Of a stretch of DNA of 64,000 bases, positions 20,141-31,200 are shown piece after piece (position 1 is the stretch's first letter; the number at the start of each line of letters is the position of its first letter). The stretch covers positions 1 through 64,000 of the IMG/VR virus record IMGVR_UViG_3300006931_000029; one strand, given 5' to 3'. The translations under genes and the position numbers were made by a program. The notes beneath the pieces are model-generated. The model saw only the letters and a program-made list of their open reading frames with translations, had not been told where the DNA came from and searched no databases.

Positions 20141-22433
20141 GGTAGATGTTGTCGAACCTTGCGAGTTCGAACTGGTCGAGGTCGATTCGAGGAGACGGGT
20201 TTGATGCCGTTTCGAATGACACGCGAGTCACCTCTACAACTCCGTTGACGTTCAACACTACATCTGTGACGTTGGAATTAGACGCTGCCACATTTGCCTG
20301 AGCTGCGGCAAAGATCGAAGCACCCGGAGGGAATCCTGAAATCCACGCGCGAAGAGCTGAACGAATTTCTCGACGCTTGAGCTGAGAGTCGCCGTCTGCG
20401 CGATAGCCGACGTAGATCGAAATGGTGCGTTCACGGGCGTAACCGGTCGCAGGATTCAGTTTCATCGTCAACGTTCCGGGAACTCCATCAACAGCAAACG
20501 TTCCGGTACCGGCAAGAAGGTTGACTTTCGACTTGATAGTCTGGGAAAGATTACCTCCCGAGATAAGCGCAAAACCTGGGACGGCGTCCGGCAGCACTTC
20601 AAGTTTCGAACCGCCCAGGAACAATTGAAAGGCCCACGGCGTTAACGGAGACACCGGGAACGACGCAGAGTAGGCATTGTCCGTCGTGTTCGACGATTGA
20701 AGAGCCAACGAGTAGACGAACTCAGGGTCGGGCGCGGTGAACAATTCGTCTTGGGTGGACGGATAAAGGTCGGCGATTGGGGTCGCGATGTTGAGCGAAT
20801 CGATACCGGGCACCTCGTCCAACGCACGAATGAAGTCGGAGAAGATAACGCCGTTGCCAGGACGCAGCTGAGCAACGATGATTTGCATCTGAGCCAACAA
20901 GCTGTCTGTCGCGTCGTTGACATCGGTACCGGCGAGAACCTTGAAGCGAATACTGACAGGCAGAGGACGCGTTGAACCGTCTGACAGAACTACGTAGTCG
21001 GTTCCCACAGCTTTCCGCTGGAGATAGTCAAGCAGCGCGGCTTTGAGCGAGCCACGGACTGGCGCTAGTGATCCATTGACACCTGATGTCCATGCGCTCA
21101 CGACAACGATATTGCGCTCAAGGAAATCGTTTTCGGCTCGAGTGAATGCCAACGCATAGCGAATCTGACCGAACTTGGGATCGGAAAATCCGGAAGCCAA
21201 CGCTTGGTAGTCGTCTAGCGTCACAGCTCGTCCACCGGCTCTGGTGAATGCAGGAATGTTGGCCCGGGCTTCTTCCAACGTTTCAGCGTCTAGACCGCCG
21301 AAGCCGGGACGAGAGTTAGAGACGTTGACGTTGATCGGATTCGAAAGAGAAGGAATTAGACCGACCAGCGTAGTGTTGATTGCGCCAGAAGCGATGTTGC
21401 CAGCGACTCCGCCACCGACTCGGTACGTCACCACTAGCGTGGCTTCGGTTGGAATTGATTGGCCGAACGTGTCGTCGCCGAATTCCACGATCGTTGACCC
21501 TGACGGAAGTGTGGTGACTTCGAAGATTTGGTCAACCGATTGGCCAGCGTACAACGAATCAACTTGATCCCACGTGTCGCCATTCACCGTCACCGTCACT
21601 GAGTTGTCGATGACAGGTGTGCGACCAAGTTTCACCATGTAATTCTTGATCGACGTCGAAGACGTGACGAACTGTTCGGTGATAGTTTGACCTTGAATCA
21701 ACGAGATGGACCGGTCGATGATTTCGGCGGTGATGACGGCGTCTGCCCCGACCCAAGGCGACGAGAAGAGGATGCGATTTTTTGCCGTCGCGTTTGGACC
21801 TGAGGTAAAGTCAGAGATTTGGTACTCTGTCACACTTGTTGGATTCGTCTTGCGAAAGAGCTGGCCGACTTCGGCGTAATCGTTAACGCTAATCGTCGTG
21901 TCGAGAAGGTCAGCGTAGGCTTTTCCGGAATACACCTGCACGAGAGTTTGTAGGATACTCGTACCGGTTTGGTTCGGATTGAATTGGATGACCGTTCGAA
22001 TCGGGGTCACCTGACCCGTCGAAATCGTGTAGTCCCTGCTAACTTCAAAAGACTGAAGGTTGTCAGCCGTTCGAACTGGAGTCCCTTTGGCAACGAGTAC
22101 GTCCGCGGCCGCGGCAGAGAACAGAGACGTATCGCACGCCACGTTCGCAGGCGCCGGGCCGCGGAGCTTATACCCGACCAACGACCCGACTCGAACTGCC
22201 GACTCGCGCAGTGTCATAGTCGAGATGAAATTCTCCGACGCGGCTCGGTTGACCAGAAAGGCCGTGGATGCCGTTGAGAAAGCGATGGTGTCTAGCAAAA
22301 GTCGACCAAAGTTTCCTGTTTGGAAGTCATTCCAAACACCGGGATAACGAGCCCGGATGCGCTGAATGACAGCGTCCAAGTGGCTATCATAGTCGAACTT
22401 GACGTAGCGTAGTGTGTCGTCGGATGAGGCCAT
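20121..22433 (-). CDS. Baseplate wedge subunit, T4 gp6/baseplate J-like
   Basis: WNDF...NFG, VEFGD..FG..P, YRVGGG..GN, GG.D.ETLEE.R, RAVT..DY. Confidence 0.88.
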   Translation of the reverse strand: MASSDDTLRYVKFDYDSHLDAVIQRIRARYPGVWNDFQTGNFGRLLLDTIAFSTASTAFLVNRAASENFISTMTLRESAVRVGSLVGYKLRGPAPANVACDTSLFSAAAADVLVAKGTPVRTADNLQSFEVSRDYTISTGQVTPIRTVIQFNPNQTGTSILQTLVQVYSGKAYADLLDTTISVNDYAEVGQLFRKTNPTSVTEYQISDFTSGPNATAKNRILFSSPWVGADAVITAEIIDRSISLIQGQTITEQFVTSSTSIKNYMVKLGRTPVIDNSVTVTVNGDTWDQVDSLYAGQSVDQIFEVTTLPSGSTIVEFGDDTFGQSIPTEATLVVTYRVGGGVAGNIASGAINTTLVGLIPSLSNPINVNVSNSRPGFGGLDAETLEEARANIPAFTRAGGRAVTLDDYQALASGFSDPKFGQIRYALAFTRAENDFLERNIVVVSAWTSGVNGSLAPVRGSLKAALLDYLQRKAVGTDYVVLSDGSTRPLPVSIRFKVLAGTDVNDATDSLLAQMQIIVAQLRPGNGVIFSDFIRALDEVPGIDSLNIATPIADLYPSTQDELFTAPDPEFVYSLALQSSNTTDNAYSASFPVSPLTPWAFQLFLGGSKLEVLPDAVPGFALISGGNLSQTIKSKVNLLAGTGTFAVDGVPGTLTMKLNPATGYARERTISIYVGYRADGDSQLKRREIRSALRAWISGFPPGASIFAAAQANVAASNSNVTDVVLNVNGVVEVTRVSFETASNPSPRIDLDQFELARFDNIYLNNISD

Positions 22434-22472
22434 GGGCGTCTTCCATACCTACATCCGACGACACGGGACCCG

Positions 22473-23504
22473 TTAACGCTTCTTCTTCGTTTTGCTGGCC
22501 GGCTTGGTTGCCGCGACTGGAGGAACAACCGGCTCGCCGGCGTACTCAAAAGTCGGAGGTTGACAGAATCCGGTTCCGGTCAATCCGGTTGGAAACGAGG
22601 AGGTTTTCGGCGTGGCCGGGGCTTTGGAAACGTCGATGCCAAGTTTCTTCAGGCCCTTGGTGTCGGTGTAGTAGAGCTCCATGACGACGAGTTGCACCCC
22701 GTCTTGCCACGCGACCTCAGCCACGGAATCCTGCTGGGTAGCTCCCCAACCGGTACCGAGATTCATGATCGAAACTTCGCCGCCTCCAACAGACATCGAC
22801 GCAGTGATTGTGGTTTCGCCCGCTTCTGCGCCTTGGCTGACGAAGTTGCACGCAGACAAAAGTTGTCCGTCGGCTTTAGGTCCGGCGGCCGACCGCATCA
22901 TGTTACCTCCGAGATTCGCTGAAAACGAGTAGCTCGGTCCACCGACGCCAGCCGACGCCTCACCTGTCATGGAACTGCCCGCGGCACCTGTCGTGGTGCA
23001 GTAAATCCCAGGAGGATAGTAGTACGGGCGAGGACGCCTGTACGGCCATGGCCATGTGTCGTACCATTCGTCGTAGTGATGGTGGTCGTGATGGATGTGT
23101 TTTTCGATGATCTGCGGAGGCTGAGGTTTGACCTTCTCCGCGTGAGCGATCAGCGAGATGACACCGCACTGGGCATCTGATCCTTTAACGGCTTTCGTGT
23201 ACGATTTATCCTTCGTTTCGAACACGAAAGACGCGACATCGTTCAACGATTTTCTCCAGCCTTTTACTTCGTAGGAACTGTAGGCCTCGAGGATGTATCC
23301 TCGCAAGTCCTTCTCATTTCCTGAAACGACCCCGACGCCATCTACCAGCACCGAGACGTGAACTTTTGTCGGATGATTATTCCGAACCTTGATGGTGAAG
23401 GAAACGCCTTTTCGGCCTTCCACGATGGTTCGGCCTTCTGCGCCGAACTCACGAACTGGTCTACCTTCGACGCAGACCTGCATGTCGATTCCGTTCTGAT
23501 TCAT
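22473..23504 (-). CDS. Conserved hypothetical protein
   Basis: VDG..V.SG, GWR, GVI, LGTGWG segments around a low-complexity His/Pro/Gly centre. Confidence 0.7.
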   Translation of the reverse strand: MNQNGIDMQVCVEGRPVREFGAEGRTIVEGRKGVSFTIKVRNNHPTKVHVSVLVDGVGVVSGNEKDLRGYILEAYSSYEVKGWRKSLNDVASFVFETKDKSYTKAVKGSDAQCGVISLIAHAEKVKPQPPQIIEKHIHHDHHHYDEWYDTWPWPYRRPRPYYYPPGIYCTTTGAAGSSMTGEASAGVGGPSYSFSANLGGNMMRSAAGPKADGQLLSACNFVSQGAEAGETTITASMSVGGGEVSIMNLGTGWGATQQDSVAEVAWQDGVQLVVMELYYTDTKGLKKLGIDVSKAPATPKTSSFPTGLTGTGFCQPPTFEYAGEPVVPPVAATKPASKTKKKR

Positions 23505-23578
23505 TGTTGTTTGCCACCGAGGTGGACTTTTAGTGACGAGAGGTAATTCCCTCGTCGTCGCTAAGAACAACGCTGACC

Positions 23579-24460
23579 TTACGACGTCGCGGTCAACAGC
23601 ACTTGAACCCAGTCTGAAATCACCACGTCGCCGCTATCGATGTCGGTAATCGTTACGTTCACGGCGACAAGAACCGTCTCGTTAAGGCTAAGTCCAGCCG
23701 CGGAAATTGTAGTAGAATCCTGAGTAGGATTGTCAATGGAAACCCGCACGTCGTCCGACATGAGATTCCACTGGTAGGAGAAGTTTCCGCTTCCTCCAGT
23801 GATCGTTGTCGCGACCGAGTCGGTCTCGACCAGCGTTGTTGATCCTGTTGCGATTAGCTGCTGTGTGCTGAGCTCGATGTAGAACGCGTCGAATGACGCC
23901 GTGAGAAAGACCATCACCGAGGATGATGTCACGATAGTTCCATCCGCGTCTGTCACTTTGCACACCACCCGAATCCACGACGTGAATCCAGTGGATGGCG
24001 ATTCAAGTTGAGCCGAGAAAGACGTGGCAGCGCCAGTCGGGCTGCTAGGCCAGATTCCAGCGGTTGCGAAGCTGAAACCGGTGTCTGCTTCCCACGAATA
24101 CGAGTAAGGGGCGACTCCTCCGGTAGCGATTGCAGCGACTGGAGTATCGGTAACGACATCGAGTCCATAGTCCGGTCCGTATTCCGTGCCAAAAAGCCAC
24201 GGAGAGCTCAAAGAAACCGCTAAGGCTGAGGGGGACGGCGCGTTTGTAACATGAAGCGTCTTTGAGACAGAGCTCGTCCTGGAGCCGCAGGTTGTGGTCA
24301 AAACCACGGTGTAGGTTCCTGGCGTAGAGTATGTGTGGACCGGTTCACGAATGGTGGACGTTGCGGCATCGCCGAAGTTCCAGGCCCACGTCGAAGCCAC
24401 GAACGTTGTGCGGTCGAAAAACTTAACGTCAAGGCCACTGATCTCGAAGTCAAACGCCAT
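23579..24460 (-). CDS. PKD/Ig-domain virion protein
   Basis: WAWNFGD...P.HTY..PGTYTVVL PKD motif plus GG..PYSYSW repeats. Confidence 0.8.
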   Translation of the reverse strand: MAFDFEISGLDVKFFDRTTFVASTWAWNFGDAATSTIREPVHTYSTPGTYTVVLTTTCGSRTSSVSKTLHVTNAPSPSALAVSLSSPWLFGTEYGPDYGLDVVTDTPVAAIATGGVAPYSYSWEADTGFSFATAGIWPSSPTGAATSFSAQLESPSTGFTSWIRVVCKVTDADGTIVTSSSVMVFLTASFDAFYIELSTQQLIATGSTTLVETDSVATTITGGSGNFSYQWNLMSDDVRVSIDNPTQDSTTISAAGLSLNETVLVAVNVTITDIDSGDVVISDWVQVLLTATS

Positions 24461-24983
24461 GATAAGCAGAATCGAGAGAGATGATGTAGCGCTGAGTCGC
24501 CGCGGCCGTTGAGTAGATCGCCACGTTGAACGTGAACTCTCGACCGAAGAATTGCGGGCTATCGTTCAATTCGGGATAGAGCCCTTTCTTCACGTAAGCC
24601 AAAGTCATGTGAGGATGGTAGTCCGGGTAGTTGTTCGTCACTCGACCGGCAAAAGCTTCAACTAGTTTGGCGTTAAGTTCGAAAATCGATCCCCCTTCGA
24701 CGTCGATCTTCAGGACGTCATGTTTTTCCGACTCGAAACGAGTGATAGCACCAAGCTCAATCGTCACATCACCGAAGTTTTTGACGACGTCTTCGATCTC
24801 GGTAGGTTGGACGTCGGGATGGAATCCGTATAGGACAGTGACGTGAGGTTCCTGCTCGTAGCCGTCCTCGGCAAGGTCCTGTGCGTCAATCGTCTGCCGA
24901 CTCCACTGCAGGATTTCCTCCGAAGGTGTAACGCTCAACATGAGCATCAGACATCCGAACTTGGGAGATTCTTGCAGGAGCAT
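24450..24983 (-). CDS. 2H phosphoesterase (T4 57B/Acb1- or ThpR-like)
   Basis: Two HxT motifs, PHVTVLY and PHMTLAY. Confidence 0.82.
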   Translation of the reverse strand: MLLQESPKFGCLMLMLSVTPSEEILQWSRQTIDAQDLAEDGYEQEPHVTVLYGFHPDVQPTEIEDVVKNFGDVTIELGAITRFESEKHDVLKIDVEGGSIFELNAKLVEAFAGRVTNNYPDYHPHMTLAYVKKGLYPELNDSPQFFGREFTFNVAIYSTAAATQRYIISLDSAYHGV

Positions 24984-25004
24984 GTCCTACCTACTAGTTA
25001 GGCC

Positions 25005-25358
25005 GTGGCAGACATTATTCGAAATCCGGACATCACCGAGGAGATGACCCAGACTTTGGCAGGTCGGGCGTGGTTTGTCTTTTCGATTAACCCAGGCGAC
25101 CGCACCGGAGTCGAGGGAATCGAAGGAAACGACTACGACGTTGCCGGAGAGGGAGTTGACGTCATGGACGAAATTCTGGCCAAGATGGCGAACTATCCGA
25201 GAGGACGTTGGCAGCTAGACTACGGCGGGATCATTCAAGACGTTCGCGAAATCGGCTCAGACAACCTTCGAGACCTGAAAACGGCCTTCATCAACATCTA
25301 CGGCACGGTGAATCGGCCAGATGTCTGGGGAAAACCAGACCAGTGGTGGTTAGGATAA
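25005..25358 (+). CDS. Hypothetical protein
   Basis: GTG start with TAGTTA upstream. Confidence 0.6.
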   Translation: MADIIRNPDITEEMTQTLAGRAWFVFSINPGDRTGVEGIEGNDYDVAGEGVDVMDEILAKMANYPRGRWQLDYGGIIQDVREIGSDNLRDLKTAFINIYGTVNRPDVWGKPDQWWLG

Positions 25359-25781
25359 GTCTCTAATTCGGCGAACCAAGGCGCTCGTTGACGGACCGTG
25401 TTCCGGCCGTGCCAGAAACGCTAGTTCGATTCCGTACCGCTCGATGACTTCCATCTCAACGGGCGGCAAAGAATTTTGCCACTCTGACCCTTTGACGTGG
25501 ATGTGTTTCCAACCCGGCGGCCGACGTTTGGCTACTGACTCAAGCCAAAGATAAGTTTCCTCCATCAGTTCGACACCGTCGACACACGACAGGTTTTCCA
25601 GCAGCTCTTTGCGTTCGGCTTCGACTACGATAGGGCGACCTGGCTTGTAGGCGGCCACGCTTTTGTCGTTGTTGAGCCCGACGAGAAGAAGAGTGCCAAG
25701 CGCCTTGGCTTCTCTCAAACCTCTGACGTGACCAACATGAAGAAGGTCGAAACAACCGTTTGTTGTGACTAGAATGCTCAC
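25350..25781 (-). CDS. Sugar-phosphate nucleotidyltransferase, RfaE/HldE domain II-like
   Basis: NGCFDLLHVGH, VGLN.D.SV, K..RP, KG, STS. Confidence 0.88.
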   Translation of the reverse strand: MSILVTTNGCFDLLHVGHVRGLREAKALGTLLLVGLNNDKSVAAYKPGRPIVVEAERKELLENLSCVDGVELMEETYLWLESVAKRRPPGWKHIHVKGSEWQNSLPPVEMEVIERYGIELAFLARPEHGPSTSALVRRIRDLS

Positions 25782-26140
25782 CGGAATCTCATCCTCTTTT
25801 CAACTCGAACTTGGGCTTGGATAGAGAACCGTGCCGTAGGGAATGCCTCCAACCTTTCAGTCGAGATTGGCTGATTGGTTAATTCACAGATGCCGTAGGT
25901 TCCGCGTTGGATGCGCGTAAGCGCTGCGTCTATGTCTGCCAGTTCGGCGAACATCTTCGCCATGATAGATGACCGGCAATTCTGCTCTGTGACGACCGAA
26001 GCCTTATCGCCAAGGTCGCCGGGGTCATCAACTTCAACCGGCTCTGGTTTTACCGACATCGCCTCCCGGAGTTCGATCATCCGGTTCACGAGAGCAAATC
26101 TTTGCTTCTCGATAAATTCAGGCGTGAAAGGGGAATACAC
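25778..26140 (-). CDS. DksA/TraR-family regulator
   Basis: DLGDKA coiled-coil tip; AL.RI..GTYGICE....I...RLEA.P.A. Confidence 0.88.
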   Translation of the reverse strand: MYSPFTPEFIEKQRFALVNRMIELREAMSVKPEPVEVDDPGDLGDKASVVTEQNCRSSIMAKMFAELADIDAALTRIQRGTYGICELTNQPISTERLEAFPTARFSIQAQVRVEKRMRFR

Positions 26141-26159
26141 GCCCTAAATACGGCGAGAC

Positions 26160-26366
26160 TTACGATTCCTTGATCAGTCTAAACTCCTCACCTCGAAGCT
26201 CATCACTCAAAGGGTACGGGAAATCTTTTAAGCATTCTCCTGAGGAGATGAATCGGATCGCTGAGTGAATTGAGTCCGCACGAACTTCGACGTGCAGCAT
26301 GTTCAGCTCTCCTACCGAGAAAAGATACGTTTTCAGCCCTGTCCCAATCGTTACGGCAGCGCTCAT
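26160..26366 (-). CDS. Hypothetical protein
   Basis: Short ORF in operon. Confidence 0.5.
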   Translation of the reverse strand: MSAAVTIGTGLKTYLFSVGELNMLHVEVRADSIHSAIRFISSGECLKDFPYPLSDELRGEEFRLIKES

Positions 26367-26376
26367 AGGCGGCTAA

Positions 26377-26787
26377 CTATCTCAAGCTGCCGTAAATGTT
26401 TTCGGCTCGCTGCGCGTAATCTTTTTTGCCTGCGTTTAGCTTTCCAAGTCTCACATTTTCAAAACCTGCGCACCAAACCAAAGCGATGAAATAAGGTGTC
26501 TCAGCTGCTCCAATTTTAGGAAGCTGCTTGCGAATCCAGTTAACGTGAGCCGAAGCGACACGTCTCTGTTCAGCAACGCATTCGGGTCTTTTACTAGACG
26601 CCCACGAGATGTGTTCTCGTGAGTATTGACGCCAAACCGATGGTAGAATTTGCCACGGTCCTTGCTCCCCAGCCTTGCCGGTAGTCGAAGAGTTTTCGAC
26701 TACCCTGATCGTCTCGACCATCTTGGCCAAGTCGACTGAAGCGAAGGCTGAAGAGCAGAGGAACGCAAGGATAAAAACTAGCCGCAT
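26377..26787 (-). CDS. Secreted lysozyme-fold (lytic transglycosylase-like) protein
   Basis: Signal peptide MRLVFILAFLCSSAFA; VE catalytic Glu; G.WQI motif. Confidence 0.65.
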   Translation of the reverse strand: MRLVFILAFLCSSAFASVDLAKMVETIRVVENSSTTGKAGEQGPWQILPSVWRQYSREHISWASSKRPECVAEQRRVASAHVNWIRKQLPKIGAAETPYFIALVWCAGFENVRLGKLNAGKKDYAQRAENIYGSLR

Positions 26788-27527
26788 CACTTCACCGTTG
26801 CGACCGGCGTGAGAGTGACGGTGTTGGAGACAACCTCGAAGATTTGCTCCTGAGCAACGACGCTCGGGAACTTGGTCCAACGCTCGGCGTGGAAGTTGGT
26901 GAGAGGAAGGACCTTCTTCGTAACGGCGAGAGGCGTTTTGGTGCCCTCGGGCAGCATTTTCTTCGCGACCAACTCGGCGGTCACCTTTTCAATGGCCTTC
27001 GCGTACGCGTCGAACACCTTCTGGTTGAACTCGCCATTCTCGCCGGTTTGAAAGATTTTGCTGTTGAAACCAGCCGTGACGGTTTCCTGCATGAAGTTGT
27101 TGATCGACAGGCGGTCGGCTTTGGCCTTGTCGGCATTTGTCGGACGCAGCAGGTCTTCGAAGAGACTGTCGGCTGTGCTTGCATCGCACGCGGAATAGCG
27201 ATCCTGGAACGTGAGGCGTACGACTTCGCCGTCGCCAGCCATTGCGTCCTTGTCTTCGCCGGCCTCATCTTTGCCCTGATCTTGGAGCAACTGGATCGAC
27301 GTGGCGGGATTGGTCGGGTTCGCGATATTGAACGTGAAGAGCTCGGCGATACCCTTTTGCAGTAACTTGGCTCGTTCTTCTTTCTGGATCGCCTCTTGAC
27401 GTTTCAACTCCGCGGTAGCCTCGATGAACCGAGCGACCGAACGGCCTGAGATTTTGACGACCGGCGTATCTCCGCTCTTGGTAACCGGAGCCGTTTCAGC
27501 GATAGTGGATAAGCGTTTGAGTGCCAT
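26787..27527 (-). CDS. Hypothetical early protein
   Basis: Follows a TTGTTTAC promoter-like motif; strong codon bias. Confidence 0.7.
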   Translation of the reverse strand: MALKRLSTIAETAPVTKSGDTPVVKISGRSVARFIEATAELKRQEAIQKEERAKLLQKGIAELFTFNIANPTNPATSIQLLQDQGKDEAGEDKDAMAGDGEVVRLTFQDRYSACDASTADSLFEDLLRPTNADKAKADRLSINNFMQETVTAGFNSKIFQTGENGEFNQKVFDAYAKAIEKVTAELVAKKMLPEGTKTPLAVTKKVLPLTNFHAERWTKFPSVVAQEQIFEVVSNTVTLTPVATVK

Positions 27528-27592
27528 AGTGGGAGTTACAATGTGCTTGGGTTGAAAAATGTAAACAAAAAAGTGTAGGAAAAGCGCACTTT

Positions 27593-28177
27593 TTACAAGG
27601 CCCATTTCCGCTTAATCCACGCGTTGGATTCGCGGCCGGCTGAGCCAAGTGGGACGTACCGTGAACCGAGAAGCTTTCCCACAACTCCCTCGTACGGCGA
27701 AGAACGGAGTTCGAGGATAAAAGGCGAGGCTTCCTGCTTGAGAGTATCCTTCGAACCGTACATCCACGCGACTTTGAGCATCTTACAAACGCTCCTGGCG
27801 TGCTCCGCCCGAACAGACGGACACTTGTCGGTGAGCGATCCTTCGGGACTTTCGATCAGTTCGAATGGAAAGAATTCCTTCTTGTAGACTTCACCGTCGA
27901 ACAACCACGATCCTTTTAATTTCGACGCAAACGTCGGAGCATTTGCAACGTTGAACTTGAACCATGACCCGTGGCGGTTGGCAAAGTAAACCTGCTTGTC
28001 GACGACGCCCATGAGAGCACGATCGCCGTTTAATTTCAGCGACCAGTGATACTCAGGGTCGAGCGAGTCCATGTCCTCCAGTTTTGCGATGATCGTGCCG
28101 AGACGCGGACGCATCGGAAAAAACGGCAACGAAAATCGGTTCGAGATTTGAACCGTCTGGACAGCGGCATCACTCAT
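27593..28177 (-). CDS. Minimal ATP-dependent polynucleotide ligase (adenylation domain only)
   Basis: KLNGDR, NRHG, FDGE, EGVV, WIKRK; no OB domain. Confidence 0.78.
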   Translation of the reverse strand: MSDAAVQTVQISNRFSLPFFPMRPRLGTIIAKLEDMDSLDPEYHWSLKLNGDRALMGVVDKQVYFANRHGSWFKFNVANAPTFASKLKGSWLFDGEVYKKEFFPFELIESPEGSLTDKCPSVRAEHARSVCKMLKVAWMYGSKDTLKQEASPFILELRSSPYEGVVGKLLGSRYVPLGSAGRESNAWIKRKWAL

Positions 28178-28222
28178 ACCAACCCACGCTAACAGCGGGT
28201 TGGTATTTGTAAACAAAAAAGA

Positions 28223-31200
28223 TTAGATCGGATTTTTGAGCTTCACGAACGGATAAACCGCCGTTGCCACTGACCTCGAAGACGTTTGTCCGGGAGGAGG
28301 CAGCGGGGCGAACGGCTGTGACGCTTCGTCCAGCAAACTAACCTCTGGAACTGCCGTTTGAGGAGACACTGAAATCGATCCATCGTCGCCTGGAATGTTA
28401 GCTCCAGACGCTGTCGAAATCGTCGTGTCACCGGACGACTGAACTTTCACGACCGCCGTTGTCGAAGCAGAAGAGCCAGAACCAACCGTCGGATCGGTTG
28501 CTGTTCCAACGCTGTTCGGATCGTAGAACGTGTAGCTCGCGGTGATCAACTCGCTAGGAGCATAGCTCGTCTTGAAGCCACGAACCTTCAGCACGACGAC
28601 GCCAGTATTTCCTTCAGGCGGCGAAATCAGGAATGGCCCGAGGTATTCCAAACCGTCGGTCGGATTGAAGACGTCCGTTCCGTCCAACGTGTATCGAATT
28701 GAAACCTCGGTATCTTGCGACGTAATTTCCTGAACAAATCCACTTTGGTAGAAACCAGGAGCAACCGAGAGTGTGATCGGCTTCAGGAACGAAGACGCGA
28801 CCGTCACGACAGGAAGAGGAGCCGTGGTCGATCCGCCGTTTCCGTCGTTCACGGTGAGCGTACCTTCGATGGTCAAACCGATGTCGCCCGCCTCTGTCTG
28901 ATATTTCACGTTGCCGCCCAGGAGTTGAGCGACTCGAGGAGAGGTGAAATTCCACACGTAGGAAACTTGGTCCAAGTCAACGTCCTGGACTTGAGCGGAG
29001 TACGGCACCAACGTTCCAGCCAAAGCTCCGGTCGCTGGCGTTGTGATTGCCACGATCGTCGGAGGAGTATTTTGGACGAGCGTAATGGTCGTTTGAACCA
29101 GCGTCGAGAATCCGTCAAGGTCCGTGACGACAACTTGCACGAGCTTCTCACCGGGTGTGCTTCCGGAAAGAGACTTGGTCGCTTGGTTGAAGTAGACGTT
29201 GCTGTTCGTGACGTGAGTTGTGACGCCGTTCGTTGCGAACGTACCGGAAATCGACTGAACGTTTAAGTATGAAGGGCCGCTTACGAGATTGACCACCCGG
29301 AAGACCAACGTGTTTTCGCCGATGACAAACGTCGTGTTTGACGGATTGATCGCGAAAGTTTTCGTCAGGCCGAAGTCAAAGCCGTGGGAAATAGCAAACA
29401 CGCCGTTTGTGTAGATGTCCGCGTACGATGACGCTTGACCTGTCACGTTCAGCGAAACCGTGCTTAGGTCTGTGCCCGCAGGAATCACGAACGACAGCTT
29501 GAAGTCGTAGAAACCAGCAGGGCGGATCGAGCTGCTGCCGTTAATGCCGGTCGCAGGAGACACAATCAATCCAGGCGAGCCTGAAAGCGTGTAGGCATCT
29601 CCGCTGTAGAGAGGGTTGACCGAGTTGCCGATGACCTCGTAGTGGAAATCCTTCACGTTGTCACCTAGAGCCGTGCCGACGTCAGTAATGCCGGTGCGGT
29701 AGAGCGACGGGATGGAGCTGTTCCAGAAAGTCCATTTGAACGTCATCAACCCGCCGGTGTTCGGGTTCAACCCGTAGACGGCGAAATCCATCTCGTTCGA
29801 TACCGAGATTCTGCCAAGGTCTGAACGAATGATCGGTGAGACGATAGGCGCTTGGCGAGGATTTCCAGAGAAGGAAACTCGGGAGTCAGTCACACCTCCA
29901 CGAGAGTCCGTAGCGCGCCCGATGAGAGTGATTTGCTCGTTCGCTTGGTAATTCAGGTTGAGACCCGTGGCAATTTGGGTACCGTTCTCGATCCACTTCA
30001 TTGCCACGCTGTCACCGTCCGGATCGGAAACCGTCGCGACGATCGAACCAAAGTACGGAAAGATGCCGACGTTTTGGGTGACTGCAAGAGAAACAACTGG
30101 AGGATGATTGATCGGGACGACTGCTGACTTTGCCGACGAGTTGCCGACTCTGTCCACGACAGTCATGGCAACAGTGCCGTTGGCAATTCCAGGTGGAGGA
30201 GTCACAACCTTTTCGATCGTGGTTCCCAAAGTGGTTTCAACTGAGTTGTCCCAGAAGCGCCAAACGTACGCCTGAGCGTTGGAGCCGTTGGAGACCGAAC
30301 CTGTGATTCGAACCGTGTCGCCGATGTTGTAGTAAGGTTTGTTGGTCCCGACAAGCTTGTCAACGAATGTCACAGCGGTGACAGTTGGCAACGTGGCGAT
30401 AGCCGGGTCCGGTTCGACCTTCGGGTTCACGACGCGAAGGTTTTGGCGGCGCATCCACGACGACGTTGTGAGAAGGTTGGAGAGCGGCCAATCAGACAGC
30501 TCAGGGAATTGGAGAGCTTCGTGGTCGATTCTAGCGATCGTGCCGTAGCTGTTGATCTTGGCGATCAATCCACCAGCGCGAACCGCGGTCGTGTCTGAGA
30601 TGTTGACCGCCGTCATGGTCAACGGATTCAGAGCGACCTGGTAGAGAGCAGGAGAGATGAGGCGGAACTCGTAGCCATAGATCGCCATCTGGCGTTTTTG
30701 TCCTTTGCGAGGAACAGCCAGGGCGTTATTCCATTCAACGGTCAGGAGCCAAGGCCCGTTGATGACCTCGTCGATGTCGAGGTTAAACGAGACTTTCGCT
30801 CGAGGATTCTCGCCTTCACCATCAACCAAGAGCACTTGAGATTCTTGGGCCACGACAGAGCCAGACCCGTTGATCAAGCTGACGATGGTTGAGAAACCCG
30901 AGAAGTTATCGTCAACGGTGCCGATATTGCCGACGTCGACCGTCATCTGGAACGTGCCGATCGGCAGAGTCTCGGGGTTCGTGAACTCCAACTCGCCGTC
31001 GCCGCTCAGTGCTGCGATGCCTAATCCTTGGCCGAACGTGTTGGGATTCGCCCAACGGCCGAATGCACTCGACAACGCGTCAACGTAGACTTTCGTCTGA
31101 CGGTACAGGTAGAGAGGAGGAGTCGTCCACGTTTGACCGGCGTCGTTCGCTTCGTAGACTTGGTAGTTCGTGCCGCTGACACTGACTGAGAGCCGCTTGC

